Below the pieces are notes generated by a model, which was given only the letters and a program-made list of their open reading frames with translations, was not told the origin of the DNA and ran no database searches. Positions 8,528 through 18,474 of a stretch of DNA of 64,000 nucleotides are shown here, piece by piece; the first letter of the stretch is position 1, and every line of letters begins with the position of its first letter. The position numbers were made by a program, and so were the translations under genes. Origin of the DNA: a virus; IMG/VR virus record IMGVR_UViG_3300042558_005120, positions 32,001-96,000 of that record; one strand, written 5' to 3'.

Positions 8528-9917
8528 ATTCATCTTGAGCATCGTCAATAGCGTAATATTCGATTCCATCGATTTCAGTTGGTTCATCTGAGGTTAGTAG
8601 TGAGTTGAAAAGATTTTTCTGATTCTGCGTTGACCTTACGATTGAACCATCTACCATATTTTGAAATGCTGATTCAGCATTTCTTAATTCTTCTTTTTGC
8701 TGAATAATACTTTTTTCCAATTCTGTAATGGTTTTGATTGTTTTATTGTACTCATCTTCAGACATTGTTTTTAGCAATATCGAATTTAATCTTCTTCTAA
8801 TTGTGTCATTGCTTGTTAAAGTATCAATAAACTCATCAATCTCAGTCTGTTGTCTCATTGATTTGCTGGAAATCATATATTTTAAGTAGGCATTTTTGCA
8901 TTTTTGGAATTCCAATTCCTCAGTGTCAACTTTGAGATAATATCGCAACCTTTCAACATTTAAACTTGCAATTCGATACTTATAGTCATCAATATAGTCT
9001 TCAACACGATTGTAGTTAATTACAACTCCATCTTTAACAAAAACCAAAGTTTCGGTGATTAGCAATTTGGTTGCTTTATCTACCTTTATTTTTAAGTCTT
9101 CCCACTCGGGGATTGTACCTTTGTGTTTAAAAACTATTTCAACTTTCTCCGAAGAATTATTTGTAATTGTACAATTTGGTAAGTCTTCAGTAAATTGATT
9201 AATTTTCTTAAGGAAATTTGTGTATTTCATTAAAGGTGGAAGATCTGTTACCTTAATTGTTTTTGCCTGCTCGTTGATTTCAACAGACCCAGTAATCAAC
9301 CAAGACTTATCCAAACCTTGGTACCTTGTAATTTTTCCAGTAAATCCTTGGAAATGTGGTTTAACTTCTTTAACTTTGCCATCAAGATATTTTTGAATGT
9401 CTTCAAGTTTTCTAGGAAGAATTGTTGTTTTATAACCAACTGCAATTCCTACAATCATTGTAGTCAAACCAATTGGTAAGTCAACCCATAACGGGTCCCA
9501 ACTATCACTTTCATTTTTCTTATTTAAGAAATGACTTTTCTTAATAATCTCTGAAATTTTGGAATTGATTTTAATTGAAGTATAACGTGCCGCAGATGCG
9601 GTGTTATCCACAGGTGTTCCAAAGAAACCATCGCCTTCCAACAGTGAAATACTGTTTCCATAAGGACGTGCTAATTTATTGATGGCTCCGGTTAATGCCA
9701 TATCGCCATGGTGGTACCCTCCAGAAATACAAGCACCAACTAAAGAAATTGTTTTGTTGAAATGGTGGGGCGCATTCATTAGAATAAATCTTTGGACATT
9801 TGTCAAAGCATCATCAAATGCGGGTATTCCTCGGTTTTCTAAAACATAAAGAGCATAGTTTCTGAAGTTAACATCTATATGTTTTGAGACCGAAAGGGAA
9901 ATTGGTTTTGCTTTCAT
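8526..9917 (-). CDS. gp52: Type II topoisomerase, GyrA/ParC-like subunit (gp52-like)
   Basis: RGIP..DALTNVQR, YHHGD, catalytic SAARYT, GIAVGY. Confidence 0.92.
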   Translation of the reverse strand: MKAKPISLSVSKHIDVNFRNYALYVLENRGIPAFDDALTNVQRFILMNAPHHFNKTISLVGACISGGYHHGDMALTGAINKLARPYGNSISLLEGDGFFGTPVDNTASAARYTSIKINSKISEIIKKSHFLNKKNESDSWDPLWVDLPIGLTTMIVGIAVGYKTTILPRKLEDIQKYLDGKVKEVKPHFQGFTGKITRYQGLDKSWLITGSVEINEQAKTIKVTDLPPLMKYTNFLKKINQFTEDLPNCTITNNSSEKVEIVFKHKGTIPEWEDLKIKVDKATKLLITETLVFVKDGVVINYNRVEDYIDDYKYRIASLNVERLRYYLKVDTEELEFQKCKNAYLKYMISSKSMRQQTEIDEFIDTLTSNDTIRRRLNSILLKTMSEDEYNKTIKTITELEKSIIQQKEELRNAESAFQNMVDGSIVRSTQNQKNLFNSLLTSDEPTEIDGIEYYAIDDAQDE

Positions 9918-9933
9918 ATTATCATTTTTACTT

Positions 9934-9960
9934 TATATGAAATATTCAGCTCAAAGTTTT
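9934..9960 (-). promoter_or_regulatory. Putative class-A phage promoter AAAACT-N14-TCATATA
   Basis: Motif copy upstream of the gp52-like gene, just after a terminator. Confidence 0.6.
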
Positions 9961-9964
9961 CAAT

Positions 9965-9994
9965 AAAAAAAGCATTAGGAATTCCTAATGCTTT
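9965..9994 (-). terminator. Intrinsic terminator (perfect 26-bp palindrome plus U tract)
   Basis: AAAGCATTAGGAATTCCTAATGCTTT at 9969-9994, followed by a T-run on the minus strand, downstream of the ferritin-like gene. Confidence 0.75.
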
Positions 9995-10022
9995 CGATAA
10001 ACTAGTTTCAGTGTTTGAGTTT

Positions 10023-10382
10023 TTATTTTAAAGTCAAAAGATATTTTAACTTCATCAATGCGGCTTGAATCTCATCTCGGATATTTGCAAGTTCGCTATC
10101 CTTATCAGACATAAAGGAATCACTGATAAAATCAAACATACCATCAATAAATGCGTTTACGTTAATGGTATCATAGTCTGCAAAACTTACATCTTTCATT
10201 CCACCTAACTTAGGGCGTTGATATTTTCCACTGTAAACCTCAATCATTTGGTCGAACAGGTCATTCAGTGTTTCATAAGTTTCGCCAAAGGCATTGTGTT
10301 CAGCAAAAGATTCGGTTTGCCAATGCAATAATCTAAGTTGTCCTTGCATTTGGATGATGTTTGTCAGTAATTCCTTTTCCAT
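10023..10382 (-). CDS. Ferritin/Dps-like four-helix protein (DUF5856-like)
   Basis: LHWQTESFAEHNAF..Y..L.D...E..G.Y...NIRDEI...KYLLTLK. Confidence 0.75.
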   Translation of the reverse strand: MEKELLTNIIQMQGQLRLLHWQTESFAEHNAFGETYETLNDLFDQMIEVYSGKYQRPKLGGMKDVSFADYDTINVNAFIDGMFDFISDSFMSDKDSELANIRDEIQAALMKLKYLLTLK

Positions 10383-10490
10383 TTTATTTAGATTTAATAT
10401 TTATTTTAGTTTTTTAATTTTAAAGAAGCGCTTCTTCCTCCCATAACTTGGAACGAATTGTGTTTCCTGCAAAACCCGAATAATAAAAAA

Positions 10491-10748
10491 TTATGCGCCT
10501 CTTTCAGTATCTCTCATATATCTTTTATGCAGCTTTTCAAATTCTTCAAGTAACTTCATCCCTTCAGCCTCTCCAAAATATAAAACAATACCAACTGCTA
10601 ATGCGTCCCATCCATCTTCATAATTTAACTTACTTTTTCCTGCAGCTGATTGCACAGTAAATACCGTACTTGACCATTGTTTATAGTCGTACTTAATTTT
10701 GTTTGCTTCGTTTAACGAAAAGCTTTCAAATGTTTTAATTCTTTCCAT
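10491..10748 (-). CDS. Hypothetical protein with the shared leader (MERIKTFESFSLNE)
   Basis: N-terminal motif shared with the array genes. Confidence 0.75.
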   Translation of the reverse strand: MERIKTFESFSLNEANKIKYDYKQWSSTVFTVQSAAGKSKLNYEDGWDALAVGIVLYFGEAEGMKLLEEFEKLHKRYMRDTERGA

Positions 10749-10769
10749 ATTTTTTTGTGTTTTTTAATT

Positions 10770-12173
10770 TTATACATAACGTTCAGCCATACGTTTCCAA
10801 TTTGCTAACCCACCTAATTTAAAACCAGCTGCTTTTACAAATGTTCTCATACTAACAGATTTTGAATCTTTCATAAATTCAAAAATTTCTTCTTTGTCAG
10901 CAAGTGATAATTCCATTGGTTCAAGTTTTGGAAGTAGAACTCGCATTCTTTCAACAAGTGTTGCGTCATCTGGGCTAACATCAACTAATATTGATCTTGA
11001 ACGAATTGCACCATCGGGATCTGCTTTATCCTTTGGAAGATTTGAGATAAAAATAACCTTTCCAGTAAAGTTGAAATAAGAAGGGAATTCTCCGTTTTCC
11101 TGAGCTTCAAGTTCTCCATCTGGGTCATCCTCATAAATCTTAGGGTCATACAATTCACCTTTCATTCTCTTTTGGTAACTAATCTTACGAACCTTTTTTG
11201 TATCAAGTGCTGCTTTAAGAATATTACGACCGTTTTCATCGCGGAATACTGCATCACAGTCATCAAACACAACAATCTTATCATTGTATTGGAAAAACTT
11301 TTTGTACATCTGTATTGCAGAAACAGCACCTGAGATAATTGTATAATCAACCTCAGCAGTTAGTCCCTCATCTTTCAACGCCTTTTCAACATTATAAGTT
11401 TTACCTGTACCGGCTTTACCAGAGATAAATAAACTATTCATGCCAGGTGCATTGGCAGCAATTCTTCCAGTAATATCATAAATATCTTGTAATGTCTCTT
11501 CAAGATATTGAACTTTATCTTGCAAAGTCATAGTATTTTTTTGTTCAACTGGTGATTCTTTCTCAGTTGCAACCACACCTTCTTTGAAATCGTATATCAT
11601 ACGTCTAGGCACACCAAGCTGTTTGGAAATTTCTCTAACAGATTTTCCGGCATCAAGCAATGCTTCGATTTCTCGTACTTCATTTGGTGTAAGAGAGCCT
11701 TTGGCTTCATAAAGAAGATTATCCATATCCTCATTTTCAAAAATCGTTTTTGCATAAGCTGGATTTGAAATAATCAAAATAAATTCACCAACCAATTTTG
11801 TAATTGGGAACCGTTCAGATGTCATAATATAAGTGGCAACATCTGCAGCGTGATCTTCATAATATTCCAATCCACCAACGATTGCACCTCTGCTAGCAGT
11901 TGGAGGTGTAACACGGAAAGCAGATGTTCCTTTGTTTGCATAGAACATAACACCATCTATGTCTTGGCCTTGAATTGTTTTTGTAACAACAAAAGGAAAT
12001 TTCATATAGCCGTTTCCGGTTTCGCGGTTAACCATCGCAGCAATTAGATCTGCAGCTTTGCTCAGTTTTGGAAAATATCCATCAACCTTTGTCATTAAAT
12101 CCGCAGCTTCAAATAATTGCTTTTTTGACTCATTAATAAATGAGTCGTAATCTTTAAGATATCGTAATCCCAT
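10770..12173 (-). CDS. AAA+ ATPase with HTH region and shared leader (MGLRYLKDYDSFINE)
   Basis: Walker A GKAGTGKT, Walker B VVFDDCD, sensor IFISN, RSR; HTH GKSVREISKQLGVPRRMIY. Confidence 0.8.
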   Translation of the reverse strand: MGLRYLKDYDSFINESKKQLFEAADLMTKVDGYFPKLSKAADLIAAMVNRETGNGYMKFPFVVTKTIQGQDIDGVMFYANKGTSAFRVTPPTASRGAIVGGLEYYEDHAADVATYIMTSERFPITKLVGEFILIISNPAYAKTIFENEDMDNLLYEAKGSLTPNEVREIEALLDAGKSVREISKQLGVPRRMIYDFKEGVVATEKESPVEQKNTMTLQDKVQYLEETLQDIYDITGRIAANAPGMNSLFISGKAGTGKTYNVEKALKDEGLTAEVDYTIISGAVSAIQMYKKFFQYNDKIVVFDDCDAVFRDENGRNILKAALDTKKVRKISYQKRMKGELYDPKIYEDDPDGELEAQENGEFPSYFNFTGKVIFISNLPKDKADPDGAIRSRSILVDVSPDDATLVERMRVLLPKLEPMELSLADKEEIFEFMKDSKSVSMRTFVKAAGFKLGGLANWKRMAERYV

Positions 12174-12200
12174 ACTAATATTTTTTTTATTTTAATAGTT

Positions 12201-12209
12201 TATATATCA
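12201..12209 (-). promoter_or_regulatory. Putative late promoter TGATATATA
   Basis: Exact 9-mer found about 17-27 nt upstream of five late-type genes. Confidence 0.6.
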
Positions 12210-12216
12210 TTTTACT

Positions 12217-14043
12217 TTAGCGACCTTCTAACCATTTTTTTCTTTTATCTGAACTATTTCCAAATGCCATTTCGATAAATTTGCCTGCAGAACGGTCATT
12301 TTTAATTTTAAACATTTTTCGGTCATCCATAACATGGCCCCAGTCTTGAATACTCAATGAACCTAATCCCTTTAAATACCTAACATTTTTATAGTTCGTA
12401 TTTTCATTTATATATTTACTCCACTCATCGGTTGAATAAAAGTATTTTCTTTTTCCTCCGACTTCTGCAGTTATTAAAGGAATGATTAAAATATTAAGTT
12501 TTCCACTTTCGATTATTTGTGGAAACCATCGGTGAAATAGATTAATAATCAAAGATGCAATGTGTCCAATTCCGTCAGGGTCTGGGTCAGTTGCTATTGT
12601 GATATTTGTAAAACTGCAATTTGTTCCGTCATTTGGCTCGAGGTTTAGGATTTGCATCAAGTCAATAATCTCATCATTGCTTGACAAGTCACTTAATGTC
12701 CTAGCATTTTTAACCTTTCCTTTTAATGAATAAACACCGTCGATTCTTGGGTCTCTTTTTTGTAAAACAGATGCCATCGCAGATAGGCCTTCAACTATAA
12801 ATAAAGTACCTTTACTTTGTGATGGCGGAAAATATTTGTCACTGATTTTTTTCTTTGCAGCTTTCTTTTTACTTTTAATGGTTTTTAATTCGGCCTCTCT
12901 GGTATACTCGTCAATACTTTTTTGAACCAAATTAAACAATTCAGATTTTGGTAATTTACTGAAAAACCCTGCCTTAAAATGTTTGTGTAGAACTTCTTGA
13001 ATTTCAGACTTCTTAATTGCATAACGAGTTTTGTTTTGGTCAGCAAACTTAACTAATGCAGGTGGAAGGTTTAGAACCAACATTGTTTCAAAGAAGTGGT
13101 GAGCATACTGATACTTAAAAATATCATTTGCCCAGTCAGTAACAATTTTTTGATGGATACCTGTACAATTCGCACCGTTGATAAATGAAATACTTGTACT
13201 ATTTTCAGATTTTGGCCACATCAAAATCGAACCTATTTTACTCGTTACTGTAAATGTATCTTTAGGCAAGAAGTTAACATCCAAGTTTATTTTTTTTCCA
13301 TCGAAGATAAATTCAAAATCTAGGTTTGAAATAACAGGGTCGTTCTTTTTTAAGTAGTTTCGGAAAACAAACATCGAGAAAAGATATTCAAAGTCCCATT
13401 CGCTGGCTTTGAATGTGTCTTTTCTTGGAATAAATCGAACAGTCGTTCCAAGTGGTGTCCGATTTCTTTTGTTTAATTCTTCATGGAATTTTTTAAATTG
13501 CTTCCATTTGATTTGAAAAGAAACATCTAGGTTTACTGTATGGATTTCAAATTCATCCGAAAGCATATTTACTAATGCAGCACCCACGCCATTTGTTCCG
13601 ATTAAGGCATCTTCAGAAGTTTCATTATAAAAATTTGACCCGGCACGTAGCATTGACACTGCGGTCTCAACATTTGAAACTCCAGTTTTCGAGTTTTTCT
13701 TTTCGGCATTGATAAATCCGTTTCCGGTATCAGTTACAGTAACTTCTCCGGATTGACTATCTATAGACACGGTAATTTTTTTCATTTCGCCATTAAGCCT
13801 TTTTGCTTCATCAAAGGCGTTGTCTACTATCTCGTTAAGCATTTTATAAAAACCGACTGAAATTGTTTTACTTTTTTCAATCAATTTCCCGGATTCAATA
13901 ATGTGAACTTTTTCTTCGCTCAGGTCGACAGAACCAACATACATAGTTGGCCTCAATAAAGTATGTTCAAAATCACTTAAAGAAACTATTTCCTTTGAGC
14001 TGCTTGCGGACTTTTTAGATAAATTTTTTTCTTTCGTTGCCAT
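12217..14043 (-). CDS. gp39: Type II topoisomerase, GyrB/ParE-like subunit (gp39+60-like)
   Basis: RPTMYVGS, EIVDNAFDE, GTNGVG (GHKL), VEGLSA, DPDPDG (TOPRIM), YLKGLGS; likely start is the ATG at 14043. Confidence 0.92.
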   Translation of the reverse strand: MATKEKNLSKKSASSSKEIVSLSDFEHTLLRPTMYVGSVDLSEEKVHIIESGKLIEKSKTISVGFYKMLNEIVDNAFDEAKRLNGEMKKITVSIDSQSGEVTVTDTGNGFINAEKKNSKTGVSNVETAVSMLRAGSNFYNETSEDALIGTNGVGAALVNMLSDEFEIHTVNLDVSFQIKWKQFKKFHEELNKRNRTPLGTTVRFIPRKDTFKASEWDFEYLFSMFVFRNYLKKNDPVISNLDFEFIFDGKKINLDVNFLPKDTFTVTSKIGSILMWPKSENSTSISFINGANCTGIHQKIVTDWANDIFKYQYAHHFFETMLVLNLPPALVKFADQNKTRYAIKKSEIQEVLHKHFKAGFFSKLPKSELFNLVQKSIDEYTREAELKTIKSKKKAAKKKISDKYFPPSQSKGTLFIVEGLSAMASVLQKRDPRIDGVYSLKGKVKNARTLSDLSSNDEIIDLMQILNLEPNDGTNCSFTNITIATDPDPDGIGHIASLIINLFHRWFPQIIESGKLNILIIPLITAEVGGKRKYFYSTDEWSKYINENTNYKNVRYLKGLGSLSIQDWGHVMDDRKMFKIKNDRSAGKFIEMAFGNSSDKRKKWLEGR

Positions 14044-14044
14044 A

Positions 14045-14701
14045 TTAATAAGTAGTGTCAATAAAATCTTTTTTCAAAACAGAACATTTTTCGTATTCTT
14101 CGAGAATTTCAAAGTGCTTAATCATTTTACTAATTATATCAATTCTTTCTTTGGACGTTGCAAGTTTTATCTGCAAGAACATATCCGAAAAGATAATATT
14201 TTTTTGTTTAAACTTATCTGGATTTTTAATTATAAAGTTATAAACATTCGAATAAAATAATCCAATGTCGCCTTTGGTTTGAAGTTCATCTTCAGGATTA
14301 AATATCCATTCCTCAACGGGTTCTGTTGGTTCTATTCCTTCATTTACTTGTCTTTGATAATCAAGTGCCTTTTGGATTGTTAGCAAAACTCCATTATCTA
14401 CAGCTTCTGTTTGATAGTCAGTCCTAACGTTTTCATCAAAAAGTTCAAGTTCATCAGGCATTTGTAAAACTGGGACTGTAACAACATCACCATAAAGTGG
14501 AACTCCAAAAACTAAAGATGCAATTTGATTTAATGGTTTTTTTCTAGCCATTCCGGTCTCATCGTAAATTAACCAAAAATGGTCAAAACATAAAGGGTCG
14601 ATTGAACTTCCGACTATATCATGGATTTCACCTAATGTAAATGATTCAGTTCTGGGATAAAGAACTGAAACCATGTGATCCACACTAATTTTTACTGCCA
14701 T
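14045..14701 (-). CDS. Hypothetical protein (DUF3846-like N-terminus, UVR-like C-terminal motif)
   Basis: DETG..KPLNQIAS..LYGDVV in the N-terminal part and EEYEKCSVLKK at the C-terminus. Confidence 0.55.
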   Translation of the reverse strand: MAVKISVDHMVSVLYPRTESFTLGEIHDIVGSSIDPLCFDHFWLIYDETGMARKKPLNQIASLVFGVPLYGDVVTVPVLQMPDELELFDENVRTDYQTEAVDNGVLLTIQKALDYQRQVNEGIEPTEPVEEWIFNPEDELQTKGDIGLFYSNVYNFIIKNPDKFKQKNIIFSDMFLQIKLATSKERIDIISKMIKHFEILEEYEKCSVLKKDFIDTTY

Positions 14702-14721
14702 AAATTAGACATTTTTTATTT

Positions 14722-14748
14722 TATATGCAAATTTTGCTATTGAGTTTT
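14722..14748 (-). promoter_or_regulatory. Putative class-A phage promoter AAAACT-N14-GCATATA
   Basis: Motif copy just after the nrdA terminator. Confidence 0.6.
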
Positions 14749-14751
14749 AAC

Positions 14752-14787
14752 AAAAAAAGAAAGTCCGTTTCCAAACTTTCTTTTTAT
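14752..14787 (-). terminator. Probable intrinsic terminator after nrdA
   Basis: AAAAAGAAAGT...ACTTTCTTTTT inverted repeat with a T-run. Confidence 0.55.
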
Positions 14788-14790
14788 TAA

Positions 14791-17190
14791 TTACGCCGAA
14801 CATCCAAAACAGTCAAAAGGTGAATCTTTTGGTTTTTGTGGTAGAACATCGGGGTCTTTAGCCTTTTCAAATTTGCTAATATCAATGCCCAAATGCTTTG
14901 CGCCTGTCGAAATTGCCTTTCCTTTAAAGTAATATGAAAGTGTTTTTAATCCTTTTTTCCAAGAATAAAAATGTGCTGAAGAAAGTTTCGATAGCGTTGG
15001 TTTTCCAATATAAATATTCATTGATTGTGATTGGTCAATGAACGGCCCACGATCTGCGGCCATATCAATTAGTTCACGTTGCGGAATTTCCCAAATAGTT
15101 CGATACTTTTGAATTAAGTGCTCTAATCTTTTAACTTTTGCTTCATACTTACGGTCGTCTGAGTCGAGATATCTATTGAAATTAATATTTTGAATTGAAC
15201 CGTCATTTAAAATGATTTCATCTTTCAAATCCTCGGACCAAATTCCAAGTTTTTCAAGGTCGCTGATTAAATACTTATTGATAATTGTAATTTCTCCACC
15301 AATTACACTGCGATTAAATATTGCTGAATGTGCTGGTTCAGTCATTTCATACGAACCAGTAATTTTTGCTGAACTCGCAACTGGCATTTGAGCTGTCACC
15401 AATGAATTGGAGATTCCGTGCTCCATTATGTTCTTTTTAAGTTCTGCCCAGTCCCACATTCCTGACAAATCATCTTCTGTTAATCCCCACATATCCCATT
15501 GAAGTTTACCGTTTGCTACAGGTGAACCTTCAAAGTAGTGATATGGTTTATATTCTCCGGATTTGCACAATTCCATGCTTGCAGTTAATGCGGCAAAGTA
15601 TATTGTTTCAAATATCTTTTTATTAAGCTGCTTAGCTTCAGGTGAAGTAAATGTTAAATCCAATAAATAGAAAACATCTGCGAGACCTTGTGTTCCAATA
15701 CCGATTGCTCTTTGTTCTCGTCCACCTTTTTCTCCTTTTGCTGTTGAATAGTTGTTTATATCAATAACTAGATTCAATGCTCTGACTATTTTTTTAACTT
15801 CTTGATACAACTTATCAAAATCAAATCCATTGCCAGAAACGAAATTCTTTAACACAATAGACGATAGTGTACAAATCGCAGTTGTTTCCTCATCCGTTGC
15901 TTGGAAAACCTCAATACACAAATTTGATTGTTTTAAGACACCAATATTTTGGTGATTGGTTTTTCTATTTGCGCTGTCCTTTGCTGCTAAATAAGGAACA
16001 CCCGTTTCAATCTGGGCTTCGATAATGCTGTTCCAAAGTTCTTGAGCTTTAACTTTAACACCAATTCCCGCATCGATTGCTAATTGATAATTTGCTTCAT
16101 ATTCTTCACCGTAACACTCGTGCAAAGGTTTAATCCCAGCTTTCAGAATATCATTTGGACAAAACAAATACCAGTCATCGTTAGACTCAACAGCTCGCAT
16201 AAAGTTATCTGGAACCCATAATGCTGTAAACAAATCTCGGGCACGTTGTTCATCCTTTCCTGCTTGTTTTTTGATTTCCAATAAATCAAAAATATCTTTA
16301 TGCCAAGGCTCAATGTAAATTGCAGCAACACCCGGACGTCTGCCTTGTTGGTTAAAAAATCTTAATGACTCATTAACAATTTTTAAGTATTTCAATAGCC
16401 CACCTGCATAACCACCTGATGAAGAAAGCCGGCTTTCTTTACTTCTAATGTTTGACATACATAATCCAATTCCTGCAGCATCGGCTGAATAAACAGAGAT
16501 ATCTCTTAGCGTATTAAGCAATCCATCTCTGGAATCACCGTCATTATAATGCAAAACACAGGATGCCAATTGTGGTATCTTTGTCCCGGCGTTAATCATA
16601 ATTGGTGTTGCCGGGGATATTAATTGATTTGATAAAGATTTATAATAGTCAATTGCTTCTTCAAATGTTTTTGTGACCCAAAGTGCAACTCTCATATACA
16701 TATGTTGAGGACGTTCTACTACTACGCCTGTCGGCTTTCTCAACAAATACATTTCCCGTAAAGACTTCCAAGCAAAATAATCAAAATTAAAATCGTTATC
16801 ATGGATAAGTTCCGAGTCGATTTTTTCTGCTCCATACTTTTCAATAATGGCAATTAAACCAGGATTGATAATGCCGTCCTCAGCTAATTCCTTCATAGTT
16901 TCACTAAAGCTGGTTTTTGTTTCTCTGTGGTATGAAGAAATTGCAATACTTGCTGCAAGTTTAGAATAATCGTGGTGACTACCTGTATATGCTGCCGCCA
17001 ACTCAGAAATAAGTTTGTCAATTTGAGAAGTTTTCAGAATACCATCAGTTGGTACTGATGTGATAACCTTTGCAAAAATCTCGACCGGGTTTGTTTTTAA
17101 GTTTTTGTTTGCTTTGTTAATACGAGTAAGGATCTTCTGTGGCGCAAACGAAACCACATCGCCGTTTCTTTTTTCAATTTTTAATGACAT
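14791..17190 (-). CDS. nrdA: Ribonucleotide reductase class Ia, alpha subunit
   Basis: ATP cone, SPATP, ASC, QSNLCIE, PVASSA, DQSQS, KTLSYY, C-terminal CFGC. Confidence 0.96.
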   Translation of the reverse strand: MSLKIEKRNGDVVSFAPQKILTRINKANKNLKTNPVEIFAKVITSVPTDGILKTSQIDKLISELAAAYTGSHHDYSKLAASIAISSYHRETKTSFSETMKELAEDGIINPGLIAIIEKYGAEKIDSELIHDNDFNFDYFAWKSLREMYLLRKPTGVVVERPQHMYMRVALWVTKTFEEAIDYYKSLSNQLISPATPIMINAGTKIPQLASCVLHYNDGDSRDGLLNTLRDISVYSADAAGIGLCMSNIRSKESRLSSSGGYAGGLLKYLKIVNESLRFFNQQGRRPGVAAIYIEPWHKDIFDLLEIKKQAGKDEQRARDLFTALWVPDNFMRAVESNDDWYLFCPNDILKAGIKPLHECYGEEYEANYQLAIDAGIGVKVKAQELWNSIIEAQIETGVPYLAAKDSANRKTNHQNIGVLKQSNLCIEVFQATDEETTAICTLSSIVLKNFVSGNGFDFDKLYQEVKKIVRALNLVIDINNYSTAKGEKGGREQRAIGIGTQGLADVFYLLDLTFTSPEAKQLNKKIFETIYFAALTASMELCKSGEYKPYHYFEGSPVANGKLQWDMWGLTEDDLSGMWDWAELKKNIMEHGISNSLVTAQMPVASSAKITGSYEMTEPAHSAIFNRSVIGGEITIINKYLISDLEKLGIWSEDLKDEIILNDGSIQNINFNRYLDSDDRKYEAKVKRLEHLIQKYRTIWEIPQRELIDMAADRGPFIDQSQSMNIYIGKPTLSKLSSAHFYSWKKGLKTLSYYFKGKAISTGAKHLGIDISKFEKAKDPDVLPQKPKDSPFDCFGCSA

Positions 17191-17206
17191 TATCTAATCG
17201 GTTTTT

Positions 17207-18157
17207 TTAAAAATCTTCTGTAAATGTGAGTGGCTCACCAATTCTCGCCTTTTGGTAGTCGATTGTTCTGCCTTCAAAGAAATTGTTTTTGGTTTCAATT
17301 GCTATCTGTTCCATAAATTTAAATGGATTACTAACTCCAAAATGTTTTGGTAATCCAAGTTTAACAAACAATCCGTCAACAACAAACTCTAAATATTGCT
17401 TCATCAAATTCGAGTTCATACCGATAAGTGAAACCGACAAAGATTCTGTAACAAATTCCTTTTCAATTTCCAAAGCGGAAAGTAGAATTTCTTTAATCTT
17501 TTCAGCAGAAGGACGTTGTTCGATATGGTTATTTAAAAGATTGATAGCAAAATCACAATGCAAATTTTCATCTTTAAAAATTAAACCATTTGCTTTTGCT
17601 AGTCCTAACATTAATCCTCTCGATTTTAACCAAAAAATTGAACAAAACGAACCGGAGAAAAAGATGCCTTCGACTGCGGCGAATGCAACTAATTTTTCTT
17701 GGAACGTCCCGTTCTTAATCCAATCAAGTGCCCAGTTTGCTTTTTTCTGAACGATTGGCATATTTTCCAAAGCGTTAAAGCATTCGGCTTTTTCTTTTGA
17801 GTTTGAAATATAAGTATCAATTAACTGAGAATAAGTTTCTGAATGCACGGTTTCCATAAAAATTTGTATCGAATAAAAAGAGCGAGCCTCAGGATATTGA
17901 ACATCATTATAAAAATTCAAGGCTAAGTTCTCATTAACGATTCCATCACTTGCTGCAAAAAATGCCAAGATATTTTTAATAAAAAAGCGTTCATTGTCTG
18001 TTAAAGATTTCCAATCTCGGATGTCGTCTGACAAATCAATCTCGGCCGCGTGCCAAATTGCAGCTTCGTGTGCTTTATAAAAATCCCAAATATCGTGATG
18101 GATAATTGGAAAGGTAACAAACCTGGCATTGCTCGGTTCTAAAATTTTTTCGTTCAT
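17207..18157 (-). CDS. nrdB: Ribonucleotide reductase class Ia, beta subunit
   Basis: FFAASDGIV, ETVHSETY, VEGIFFSGSF, DENLH, NFFE. Confidence 0.96.
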   Translation of the reverse strand: MNEKILEPSNARFVTFPIIHHDIWDFYKAHEAAIWHAAEIDLSDDIRDWKSLTDNERFFIKNILAFFAASDGIVNENLALNFYNDVQYPEARSFYSIQIFMETVHSETYSQLIDTYISNSKEKAECFNALENMPIVQKKANWALDWIKNGTFQEKLVAFAAVEGIFFSGSFCSIFWLKSRGLMLGLAKANGLIFKDENLHCDFAINLLNNHIEQRPSAEKIKEILLSALEIEKEFVTESLSVSLIGMNSNLMKQYLEFVVDGLFVKLGLPKHFGVSNPFKFMEQIAIETKNNFFEGRTIDYQKARIGEPLTFTEDF

Positions 18158-18158
18158 T

Positions 18159-18473
18159 TTATTCTGGTTTTTTTATTATATTTAAAATTTTCTCTACTAA
18201 CGGGTACTTTAAATGAGCACCTAATTCGGGTGTTAAGTATATAATCAGCAAAACAATAAATGAAAAATTATTTTCATCAACATAAGTAATTATATCAAAG
18301 TCTTCCCATTTTTCTGAATATGTCTCTAAATAGTCGACTATACTTTTTAATTTATTTTGGTCATCCTGAATCTCTTCTAGCGTATAATTTAGTTTTTTTA
18401 TAATATACGGTTTGTTGGTACGGTTTTCTAATTTATTTATTATACTATCAATAATTTCAATTTTGGTTTTCAT
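18159..18473 (-). CDS. Hypothetical protein (104 aa)
   Basis: Fills the gap between polN and nrdB with 1-nt spacers. Confidence 0.6.
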   Translation of the reverse strand: MKTKIEIIDSIINKLENRTNKPYIIKKLNYTLEEIQDDQNKLKSIVDYLETYSEKWEDFDIITYVDENNFSFIVLLIIYLTPELGAHLKYPLVEKILNIIKKPE

Positions 18474-18474
18474 T

